The notes: generated by a model from the letters alone, not told the origin. 64,000 bases of DNA from an uncultured Candidatus Saccharibacteria bacterium (GCA_964594735.1 CAZQMS010000005.1:19150-83149), one strand, 5' to 3'; shown: positions 18,426-26,442, counted from the first letter of the stretch. Translations and numbers: made by a program.

Positions 18426-19316
18426 ATGGCCGCAACATACGCGCGGGACATGCGACTGATTCAGGCGGCCGTCGAAGCAATCGACAAGGCACAGCTCACG
18501 GAATCCATACGGCATGTACTGGGGAAATTCCGTGTCGAATCGATTCAGCTTCAGCTCCGCAAGTTGCCCGTAATTCACGTGAGCAACGAAGTGGTGTACG
18601 GGAGAGAGCACCCGATCTCTGTCGTGTCGGGAGAAGCGAGCATCTACACGCATAGCTGCACGGTCTTCGCGCCGGGGCTCGCACGGCGCCGTTCGCACGG
18701 CTTCGGACTCAACCTGTCAGTGCTCGAAGTGGTGGTGCATGAAGTCACGCACCGCATCTCGGGAGAACGCGTGGCAAAGGGTACGCATATCGACGGTGGC
18801 GCTCAGTACAAAACCACGCGCTACCACAATGGTCTTCGTGAATCGCTGATCGTGGATGGTATGGAGGCTATCGAAAACAACATCATGCTCAACGAGGGGG
18901 TGACGCAGTATTTTGCACTCGAAGTCATGCGTGAGTACCTGCGTCGCGGCTGGTACATGCAGGTCTCAAAGCCGGAAGTCGGTATGTACTTCGAGCAGGT
19001 TGAGCGCGGCGTCCGCGGCGCGTTTTATCCGGCAGCAGTCACCTACGTGGAGGCTCTCGCGAAACGTCTCGCACAGCCACTTGGATCGCGAGAAAAGGCG
19101 TACCACCGCCTTTTGCGCGCATACTTCCGTGCGGAACCAATCCTGCACGACAAGGAGTGGCGTGAGCTGTTGGTAGCGTCGGGAGTCTACGGCATCCTCA
19201 AGAGGGCACGCGGCGCAAGACACCGCGACCTTGCAGGCTTCACCACCCAGATCGCCAGCGGCATGATTGACCGCGGCGTGTGGGAAAGCATCGAGACCGA
19301 AGAAGTGCCGGTTTGA
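18426..19316 (+). CDS. putative HExxH zinc metallopeptidase (cassette B)
   Basis: VVHEVTHRI (HExxH) followed by IMLNEGVTQYFA, which resembles the gluzincin WLNEG third-ligand motif. GGGAGG lies 5 nt upstream of the ATG. Confidence 0.5.
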   Translation: MAATYARDMRLIQAAVEAIDKAQLTESIRHVLGKFRVESIQLQLRKLPVIHVSNEVVYGREHPISVVSGEASIYTHSCTVFAPGLARRRSHGFGLNLSVLEVVVHEVTHRISGERVAKGTHIDGGAQYKTTRYHNGLRESLIVDGMEAIENNIMLNEGVTQYFALEVMREYLRRGWYMQVSKPEVGMYFEQVERGVRGAFYPAAVTYVEALAKRLAQPLGSREKAYHRLLRAYFRAEPILHDKEWRELLVASGVYGILKRARGARHRDLAGFTTQIASGMIDRGVWESIETEEVPV

Positions 19317-19337
19317 AGCGCGTTCTTTCACCGAAAG

Positions 19338-19375
19338 CGGCCGGCGGGAGCAATCCCACCGGCCGTGACTTTTTA
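19338..19375 (+). terminator. rho-independent terminator ending cassette B
   Basis: CGGCCGGCGGGA-GCAA-TCCCACCGGCCG followed by TGACTTTTTAT; a near-identical copy of the element at 18257. Confidence 0.65.
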
Positions 19376-19376
19376 T

Positions 19377-19450
19377 GCGGCCGCACCGTGACCGACAAAG
19401 GCTACGCCCACCTTGGTATAGAGCACCAGCGGAACAATAGTTTATTTTGA
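19377..19450 (+). repeat. decayed copy of the ruvB 3' end (remnant 2)
   Basis: Translates as RTVTDKGYAHLGIEHQRNNSLF*; the 70 nt 19335-19404 are about 94% identical to 18254-18323. Confidence 0.65.
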
Positions 19451-19645
19451 ACTTAAGAATTCCTTTTAAAAGCTTATAAATTCTACTTTGTTATGGGTCT
19501 TAAAAAAACTCTACTTAAGCCATTATATGAGCTTCTTGAGTTTGCTTCTAACGGGAGCTGGGCGCGGGCGGGGCGAGATGGCGGTGGGGATAAGAGGAGG
19601 GCCCGCGGTGAAGAGGCGCGTACAATAGGTGCACACGCACGGTAG

Positions 19646-19677
19646 CGAAAGAGGTCTCCTTTCGGAGACCTCTTTCG
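19646..19677 (+). other. perfect 14-bp inverted repeat (CGAAAGAGGTCTCC-TTTC-GGAGACCTCTTTCG) in a 600-nt non-coding stretch
   Basis: Seen directly; followed by a U-rich stretch TTCTCGG. Possible sRNA terminator or structured RNA. Confidence 0.4.
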
Positions 19678-20059
19678 TTCTCGGCCATTTCGGATTGATG
19701 GTGGGCAAAGTCCGCCTTGATACGATCTCCACGTACTTCCCCCAACACCTCAATGCTCTGACCGACTGTTCCCGCATTAGTCGCAAACTTGCGCATGGAC
19801 TCATCCGGGGAACTTGCTCCCTCGGGCAGACACGTTTCCGTGGGACCCGGGGAACCGACCGACGCACGGTAAGGCGCATCGATAAGAGAAATGTACATCA
19901 CGAAAAAATGCGCAATTTTAATGAAAAGGACAACTTCGGGGGAATACGAGTGGACAAGTATGTGGATATGGCTGTGCACAAACCCTGCTTTACGCTGGGG
20001 ATAGGCGTGATTCACTGAAACAAGTGAGGGGTAGAGCCCCCAATGGAGGAGGTGCTGCG

Positions 20060-20338
20060 ATGCCAGCGAACGCGTCAGAAGATTTCCACAAGCAGCTCGA
20101 GGGGTACGGGCTGACCACCGCGAGCATTCTCTATCGGATGCCCGACCATCGTGCCCTCCTCCAGACGTACATCTGGCAAGAATACGACCTCTTCCCAAAA
20201 TTCCCGGAGCTGAAGAAGTTCCTCGAGTTCTGGCGGGCGAACCTCGACGGGCCGCTCCACTCGGTGCAAGTCGCGCACACCAAGCTCATCAAACCCGTGG
20301 AGCTCAAGCTCGTCGGCAGCGAATTCCGATTGCACTGA
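20060..20338 (+). CDS. Usg-like family protein (PF06233-like, recalled from memory)
   Basis: LEGYGLTTASILYRMPDHRALLQTYIWQEYDLFPKFPELKKFLEFWRANLDGPLHSV matches my memory of Usg proteins. GGAGGAGG lies 7 nt upstream. Confidence 0.5.
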   Translation: MPANASEDFHKQLEGYGLTTASILYRMPDHRALLQTYIWQEYDLFPKFPELKKFLEFWRANLDGPLHSVQVAHTKLIKPVELKLVGSEFRLH

Positions 20339-20361
20339 CCGCACGATGTTCCCCAGAATTC

Positions 20362-20388
20362 GCAGCGCCACGTTGGCGCTGCTTTTTT
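20362..20388 (+). terminator. rho-independent terminator of the Usg-like gene
   Basis: GCAGCGCCA-CGT-TGGCGCTGC followed by TTTTTTG. Confidence 0.85.
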
Positions 20389-20418
20389 GCAATCTCTTGC
20401 TATTCCCTACCCGCCCGA

Positions 20419-20491
20419 CCGAATGACATCGGTCATTCGGGCTGGTACCCTAACTGAGTTCATCGTTATTCGTACTTCGCGATTCGTACTT
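20419..20491 (+). promoter_or_regulatory. perfect 9-bp hairpin plus tandem 12-nt direct repeat upstream of yebC
   Basis: CCGAATGAC-ATCG-GTCATTCGG, then ATTCGTACTTCG-CG-ATTCGTACTTCG, ending 9 nt before the ATG. Confidence 0.3.
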
Positions 20492-20499
20492 CGACTTCT

Positions 20500-21030
20500 A
20501 TGGCCGGTCACAACAAGTGGGCGCAGATAAAAAGGCAAAAGGGCGCGGCCGACAAAGCCAAGAGCAACCTCTGGGGAAAGCTCGGTAAGCGTATCGCGGT
20601 GGAGAGCAAACTCGCCAAGGGTGATGTCGACGCACCGGGTCTGCGCGCGGCGATTGAGCGCGGCAAAAAGGCCAACATGCCGAAAGACACGATAGACCGC
20701 GCGGTTGCCAAAGGTACTGCCGCCGACGCAGCGCAGATGGAAAGCATTCTCTACGAAGCGTACGGGCCGGGCGGCGCGGCTATTCTGATACAAGTCCTCA
20801 CCGATTCGCGCAATCGCGCCGCGCAAGAGATAAAACATCTTTTGAGCAAAAACGGTATCGCGCTCGCCTCGCCGGGGAGTGCCGCTTGGGCATTTGAGAA
20901 AACCGCAGAGGGCTACGAGCCCAAGACCACGGTGCAGCTGAGCGAATCCGACGATGCGCAGCTGATGAAAATCATGGGAGAGATAGACGACTACGACGAC
21001 GTTGAAGACGTGTACACCAACGCCGTCTAG
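20500..21030 (+). CDS. yebC: YebC/PmpR family transcriptional regulator (short, 176 aa)
   Basis: MAGHNKWAQIKRQKGAADKAK is the YebC N-terminus. Confidence 0.85.
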   Translation: MAGHNKWAQIKRQKGAADKAKSNLWGKLGKRIAVESKLAKGDVDAPGLRAAIERGKKANMPKDTIDRAVAKGTAADAAQMESILYEAYGPGGAAILIQVLTDSRNRAAQEIKHLLSKNGIALASPGSAAWAFEKTAEGYEPKTTVQLSESDDAQLMKIMGEIDDYDDVEDVYTNAV

Positions 21031-21605
21031 CCGAGAAGGAAGCCAGCGGTCGCGCCGACGAGGACCGCGAGTCCGCCGACGATGCTCATGCGAAGCGCAG
21101 AGCGCACGACACCTGCGCGCGAGAGCCTCCCGCTCCACGCACCGAGGACAAAGAGCGCGATGATGGATACATATATGGAATATTGAAATGCGCTGTCACC
21201 GAGCCAGATGTACGGCGCGAGCGGGATGAGTCCCGCGACAAAGTACGAGGCAAACATTGTGCTTCCTGCCTTGAATGATTCCCCGGGACTCGTACGCTTG
21301 CGCGTCTCAAGTTCCTCAACCGAGGCTTCCGAGAGGAAGCTCCCCGCCGCCATCGACACAGCCTCGACGAAAATAAGGACAACGCCCGTGAGGATTATCG
21401 TTTCGCGTGGGACTTCCGCTATCGCAATACCGGAGAGGAGGCCCACCGTCGAGACGAGTCCGTCCTCCACGCCGAAAATGAGGTTGCGGAAATATATTGA
21501 AGTCCACTCGCGAGCTGCGCGCATCTCTCGTATCGTAACACCTACACGAGGCACACCCCGTGAGATACGAACTTCCGGGGAATATACAGAATGGTGCGTA
21601 CTCAT
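21027..21605 (-). CDS. VIT1/CCC1 family membrane protein (putative Fe/Mn transporter)
   Basis: FGVEDGLVSTVGLLSGIAIA and TM helices typical of PF01988. Confidence 0.65.
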   Translation of the reverse strand: MSTHHSVYSPEVRISRGVPRVGVTIREMRAAREWTSIYFRNLIFGVEDGLVSTVGLLSGIAIAEVPRETIILTGVVLIFVEAVSMAAGSFLSEASVEELETRKRTSPGESFKAGSTMFASYFVAGLIPLAPYIWLGDSAFQYSIYVSIIALFVLGAWSGRLSRAGVVRSALRMSIVGGLAVLVGATAGFLLG

Positions 21606-21640
21606 ATCGCACTCACGGAGGGGAAAAATCGGATAGGGTT

Positions 21641-21656
21641 ATCTCACGGGGTATAC
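21641..21656 (+). promoter_or_regulatory. conserved motif ATCTCACGGGGTATAC (7 nt before the ruvC ATG)
   Basis: Motif copy; a degenerate half copy ACTCACGGAGGGG sits 30 nt upstream. Confidence 0.45.
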
Positions 21657-21663
21657 TTTTGGC

Positions 21664-22176
21664 ATGAGAGTGCTCGCTATCGACCCTGGGTATGGGCGCT
21701 GCGGCGTCGCGCTCCTCGAGAGGCAGGGCGGCAAAGATGTACTGCTCTACTCCGACTGTATTGAGACCCATTCGAGTGAAGAATTCACCCAGCGCCTGAA
21801 TACAGTCGCTTCGGAGTGTCGGCGGCTTATGCGCGAACACGCGCCCGATTGTCTCGCGATGGAGAAGCTGTATTTTGCAAAGAGCCGCACGACAGGACTG
21901 CGCGTCGCGGAGGTGCGGGGCGCCCTCCTCGCCCTTGCCGGAGAGCACGCACTCCCCGTCTTTGAGTACTCACCATCGGAGGTCAAGAGCGCTGCCGCGG
22001 GGCACGGGGGCGCGGACAAGAAGCACGTCATCAAAATGATTCATGCGCTTGTAAAAATCATGAAGCCCATACGTCTAGATGACGAATATGACGCTATTGC
22101 TGTCGGGGTTACTCATTTGGCGATGCATCGCTCGCTTGCGGCGCGTGCACTTCAATCGGAGCCCGAAAAACGATAG
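21664..22176 (+). CDS. ruvC: crossover junction endodeoxyribonuclease RuvC
   Basis: MRVLAIDPGYGRCGVAL...DAIAVGVTH. Confidence 0.85.
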   Translation: MRVLAIDPGYGRCGVALLERQGGKDVLLYSDCIETHSSEEFTQRLNTVASECRRLMREHAPDCLAMEKLYFAKSRTTGLRVAEVRGALLALAGEHALPVFEYSPSEVKSAAAGHGGADKKHVIKMIHALVKIMKPIRLDDEYDAIAVGVTHLAMHRSLAARALQSEPEKR

Positions 22177-22191
22177 AATGAGCAGTACTGT

Positions 22192-24600
22192 ATGACTGCC
22201 CGAATTTTTAGGCGTACGAGGCGCCTTTTCTCTCATCTCCCCGAGTGGCTACGCCTCGCTGTTGTCGGTCTCGTCGCACTCGGATTCTTCACGCTTGCGA
22301 GCGTCACCGCATGGGCAGCTTTTACCCCTATCCCTTCGATAGACAACTTCGAGAATCGCGCGGTCTCGCAGTCGACCAAAATATTCGACCGCACCGGCAA
22401 CATCGTACTTTTCGACGTTCACGGCAGCATGCGCCGTACGGCCATCCCCCTCGACGACATCTCGCCCAATATCCAGAAAGCGACCATCGCTATCGAAGAC
22501 GCGACATTTTATACGCACTACGGCTTCCGCCCTCTCGCATTTATGCGCGCGGTGTGGGTCAACCTCACCACCGGCGACCTGCTCGGCGGCCAGGGCGGCT
22601 CGACGATTACGCAGCAGGTGGTAAAAAACGCGCTACTCACGCAGGACAAAAAAATAACCCGCAAGATAAAAGAAATCATTCTCGCCATCAGGCTCGAGCG
22701 TGTCTACACCAAAGACCAGATTCTCACGACGTACCTCAACGAAAATCCGTACGGCGGGACAATCTACGGCGTCCAGGAAGCGAGTCAGTATTTCTTTGGC
22801 GTCGACGCGAGCGACGTGACGCTCGCACAATCGGCGTACCTCGCCGCGCTGCCCCAGGCACCCACGCGCTACTCCCCCTATGGCAACAATCGCGACCTCC
22901 TCGAACGCCGCAAGGACCTCGTGCTCGACAGGATGCTCGAGCACCAGTTCATCACCGCGGATGAGCACGAGCAAGCGAAAGCGGAGATTGTGCAGTTTAA
23001 AGACGAGGCCGATGCGGGCATCAAGGCACCACACTTTGTCTTCTACATACGCGAGTACCTCGAGAGCAAGTACGGCGTCGACGCAGTGAATCGTGAGGGG
23101 CTTCGCGCCATCACGACACTCGACTACGACCTGCAGAAAAAAGCAGAGGAAATCGTCGCTCAGTATGCGCCAGGTATGGAGGCCAACTTCAACGCAAGCA
23201 ACCAAGGCATGGTCGCCATCGAGCCCACGTCTGGACAAGTGCTCGCCATGGTGGGCTCGCGCGGCTACTTCGACGACCGCATCGACGGCAAGGTCAACGT
23301 GACCACCTCGTACCAACAGCCGGGCTCGGCGTTCAAGCCATTCGTCTACGCCGCGGCACTCGAAAAAGGTTACACACCCGACACGATTCTCTTCGACCTT
23401 CCAACACAATTCTCGACGAGGTGCCAGCCATACGAAGTCACCAACTCGACACCGCCGTGCTACGCACCGACAAGTTTCGATGGACAGTTTAAAGGTCCGG
23501 TAACGATTCGTCAGGCGCTCGCGATGTCGCTCAACGTGCCAGCGGTGAAAGCCATGTACCTCGTGGGCATGGATGGTGCGCTCAATATGGCTGGGCGCGT
23601 CGGGCTCACGACACTCACCGCTGCGCGCGACTACGGACTCTCGCTCGTTCTCGGAGGTGGCGATGTGACACTGCTAGAGCTCACAAGTGCATACGGCGTC
23701 TTCGCCAACGACGGCGCGCGCAACCCGCACACCGCAATCCTGCGCGTGGAGGACATGAACGGCAACGTGCTTGAGGAATACAAAAAGGAGGAGGCGCGCG
23801 TCGTCGACCAGCAAGTAGCGCGCCAGATAAGCGACATCCTCTCCGACAACGAGGCACGCACACCGGAATTCGGCGCCAATTCCCCGCTCTACTTCCCCGG
23901 CAAAGATGTCGCTGCGAAGACCGGTACGACCAACGATTACTGGGATGTGTGGATTATGGGCTACACCCCGGGCATCGCTGCAGGTGCGTGGGCCGGCAAC
24001 AACGACAACGAGCCGCTCGAAAAGCGTATCGCCGCATTTATCATCGCGCCGATGTGGCACGATTTCATGGAGTACGCGATGGAGAAGTATCCCGCCGGAG
24101 ATTTCGTCGAGCCATCTCCCGACGCGGAGGCAGATTCACTCCACCCAGTGCTACGCGGCCAGTGGAACTCGTCGCCGGGCGAAGGTGTACACGAAATACT
24201 CTACTGGGTGAGTAAGGACAATCCGCGCGGAGGAGGCACTTCTCGCGGTGACGGACAGATGCCGTATTGGGATTTACCCGTACAGGCCTGGGCCACTGGT
24301 CAGTTCCTCGGCGGTGCGACGACACCAGGCCAAGGCAGTGGCTTCCGCATCCTCTCTCCAACACCGGGAAGCTTTACACCACTCTTACAACCGCTTTCCA
24401 TAACCGCGTTCTACCCGTTCCCCCAAAACGTCGTGCAGGTATCGTACTACCTCAACGGCCAGCCTATTGGGGCTTCCAGCCAGCCGCCGTACGCGATTAC
24501 CTTTGTGCCTACCCTCCCGGGCCCTGCCACTCTCCAGGCAGCTGTGCAGACGATTCTCGGCGGCACCGAAGTCACGAGTGTCCCCATCACGATTCAATAG
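22192..24600 (+). CDS. class A penicillin-binding protein (transglycosylase plus transpeptidase)
   Basis: N-terminal TM, GT51 motifs (GGSTITQQVVKN, RKIKE) and the SxxK motif SAFKPFVYAAAL. Confidence 0.85.
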   Translation: MTARIFRRTRRLFSHLPEWLRLAVVGLVALGFFTLASVTAWAAFTPIPSIDNFENRAVSQSTKIFDRTGNIVLFDVHGSMRRTAIPLDDISPNIQKATIAIEDATFYTHYGFRPLAFMRAVWVNLTTGDLLGGQGGSTITQQVVKNALLTQDKKITRKIKEIILAIRLERVYTKDQILTTYLNENPYGGTIYGVQEASQYFFGVDASDVTLAQSAYLAALPQAPTRYSPYGNNRDLLERRKDLVLDRMLEHQFITADEHEQAKAEIVQFKDEADAGIKAPHFVFYIREYLESKYGVDAVNREGLRAITTLDYDLQKKAEEIVAQYAPGMEANFNASNQGMVAIEPTSGQVLAMVGSRGYFDDRIDGKVNVTTSYQQPGSAFKPFVYAAALEKGYTPDTILFDLPTQFSTRCQPYEVTNSTPPCYAPTSFDGQFKGPVTIRQALAMSLNVPAVKAMYLVGMDGALNMAGRVGLTTLTAARDYGLSLVLGGGDVTLLELTSAYGVFANDGARNPHTAILRVEDMNGNVLEEYKKEEARVVDQQVARQISDILSDNEARTPEFGANSPLYFPGKDVAAKTGTTNDYWDVWIMGYTPGIAAGAWAGNNDNEPLEKRIAAFIIAPMWHDFMEYAMEKYPAGDFVEPSPDAEADSLHPVLRGQWNSSPGEGVHEILYWVSKDNPRGGGTSRGDGQMPYWDLPVQAWATGQFLGGATTPGQGSGFRILSPTPGSFTPLLQPLSITAFYPFPQNVVQVSYYLNGQPIGASSQPPYAITFVPTLPGPATLQAAVQTILGGTEVTSVPITIQ

Positions 24601-24607
24601 GAAACAG

Positions 24608-24997
24608 TCAACGTAAAACGGCCGACGACCAACACGAGTGCTTGGATGCAGATTTTAGATGTTTGCTGAAACCACCAAGTTGTCGCGATAATTCCTCACA
24701 ATCTGCTCGAATTTCACCGAGCTGCTCGTCCGTTATCAAATTCTCGCGTCGAGCGATCTCGCACGCTGCCATGGACTCGTTAATGGAGCCCAATGCAATG
24801 GTGACGTACCGATTGAAATCCTTATCAGAGCTCTTTGCTGAGCCCTCGGCAATGTTTAAAGCCACGGACAGGGAGCTTCGTCGCACTTGATCGGTAAGAT
24901 ACTGAAATTCGCGGGGGAATGATCTGGTTACAGCAACGATTTTCGAATGGAAACGAATACCATCCTGGTAGATCTTCACTTCTCGAAACCGAAACAT
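24608..24997 (-). CDS. four-helix-bundle protein (TIGR02436; the so-called 23S rRNA intervening-sequence protein family)
   Basis: FRFREVKIYQ...F.SKIV.VTRSFP...LTDQVRRSSLSVALNIAEGSAK...F.RYVTIALGSINE. Confidence 0.7.
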   Translation of the reverse strand: MFRFREVKIYQDGIRFHSKIVAVTRSFPREFQYLTDQVRRSSLSVALNIAEGSAKSSDKDFNRYVTIALGSINESMAACEIARRENLITDEQLGEIRADCEELSRQLGGFSKHLKSASKHSCWSSAVLR

Positions 24998-25033
24998 ACG
25001 GCTTGTTGAAAGTTGAATGTTTGATGTTGGTAG

Positions 25034-26131
25034 TTATCTATTCAGTGGCATCACGAGGTACGTGAAGCTGCTATCGGAGACGCCGCGGATAACGAGCGGT
25101 CTACCGGGGCCGGAGAATCCGAGCACGACGGAATCTGATTGTATTGTCGCCAGACAATCTGATATGTACCCGATATGGAAGTTGATATCGAGATCGTCCC
25201 CCGCGAGCGCCGCATCAATACTGTCGGACATCTCACCCACATCTGCACTACGTGCCGTGGCAGTGAAAATCTTCTTCTTTGGGTAGATGTGTAGGCCGAC
25301 GTGCATCTCCTGACCAGAGAAGACGCGTGCCTTGCGGAGCATTTCGGCAAGATCATTCTTAAGTACCGTCGCTTCCGAGGTGAACTTCTTGGGGATAATT
25401 TCTTTGTAGTTAGGAAATGTCGCATCGACGACACGAGATACGAACCTTGTTCCACTCCCAATGACCACCAATTGCGCATCATCCGTCGAAAGCGCGACAG
25501 TGTCGTCACTGAGCCTCTCGAGCACATGGACGAGCTCTAGGGCGTGTTTAAGCGGAATGAGAAGCTCTCCCGATGTGCGCGCACCTGTCTCCGAAACCAT
25601 TTTCTCCGCAAGTCGGAATGAATCAGTGGCAACGCACACCATCGAACCATCCTGCATTGAGATGTAGATACTTCCGAGATCGGGTCGAATCATCGACGGC
25701 GAAGCTGCGTATGCGACCGATTGAATACCGTGGATAAGTCTCTCACGCGCGAGTGTAATCTCTTTTTTCCCACTCTCGCTCGAGAGCACTGGAAATTCTT
25801 CATGGGGGACAGCTTTGATAAGGGTCTTTGTCCCTCTTGATTCGATGAGGAGGTTACCATCTTCAGTCGAAAGCGTCACTTTGTCGCCTCCAATAGCGCG
25901 GATTGTTTGGGAGAGGATTGCTGCGGATACTGCTACCGTACCTTTTTCTTCAACATCACCTGCGACAGATATTTCTATCCCCGCCTCAAGATTGGTCGCT
26001 TTTAAATTTATATCCTTTGCTCCCTCGATGAGTACACACGAAAGAATAGGAAGTGACTCTTTTTTTCCTGTAATGCGTTCTGCCATGAGAATCGCATTAA
26101 GAATCTTTTCTTTTGTTGTTGTGAGTTTCAT
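25034..26131 (-). CDS. dnaN: DNA polymerase III beta sliding clamp
   Basis: 365 aa in three-domain clamp layout, located downstream of dnaA. Confidence 0.85.
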   Translation of the reverse strand: MKLTTTKEKILNAILMAERITGKKESLPILSCVLIEGAKDINLKATNLEAGIEISVAGDVEEKGTVAVSAAILSQTIRAIGGDKVTLSTEDGNLLIESRGTKTLIKAVPHEEFPVLSSESGKKEITLARERLIHGIQSVAYAASPSMIRPDLGSIYISMQDGSMVCVATDSFRLAEKMVSETGARTSGELLIPLKHALELVHVLERLSDDTVALSTDDAQLVVIGSGTRFVSRVVDATFPNYKEIIPKKFTSEATVLKNDLAEMLRKARVFSGQEMHVGLHIYPKKKIFTATARSADVGEMSDSIDAALAGDDLDINFHIGYISDCLATIQSDSVVLGFSGPGRPLVIRGVSDSSFTYLVMPLNR

Positions 26132-26442
26132 ATTCTTTTCATTCTTTAAATAACTATTACTACTATTAGTACTGTGTACAGCGGGGATAACCGTAAAAAA
26201 TGGCGGAGTGGAGAGATGAAATAGTGCAACGGAGGGTGTTGAAAACTTCTGCGCGAACTAGGAACAAGGTGTGTGTAAGTGGTGTTGGTGAAGAAACGCT
26301 GAAGTTGTACGCATGTTGTCCCACCCACTGTTCGAGTAGTTGTACAGCGTTCTCCACAGGATATACCACCATGTTGTGCACAACAGTAGAGCCGCCGATT
26401 GCGTGGGAAGCGGCGGGTGTGTGAGGAGAAAATCGCATAGGC
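26132..26442. other. candidate oriC (dnaA-dnaN spacer with an AT-rich DNA-unwinding element and DnaA-box-like sites)
   Basis: A 44-nt AT-rich stretch (26132-26175) in a 60% GC genome; TTCTCCACA (1 mismatch to TTATCCACA) and TGTGCACAA / TGTGTACAG repeats. Confidence 0.45.

Noticed and set aside
19451-19490. CTTAAGAATTCC...AAAAGCTT cluster (AflII/EcoRI/HindIII sites) suggesting a cloning polylinker
   Set aside because: No vector backbone, primer or adaptor sequence surrounds it. It is best explained as a chance occurrence in an AT-rich patch.
19556-20040. Possible RNase P RNA (GGCAAAGTCCGCC, GGTAAGGCGCATC..AAGAG and GACCCGGGGAACC resemble P4 and P10-12 fragments)
   Set aside because: The fragments are in the wrong order and on inconsistent strands, and no P4 pairing could be built.
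20075-20392. 105-aa minus-strand ORF
   Set aside because: It is fully antisense to the well-supported Usg-like gene and its terminator.
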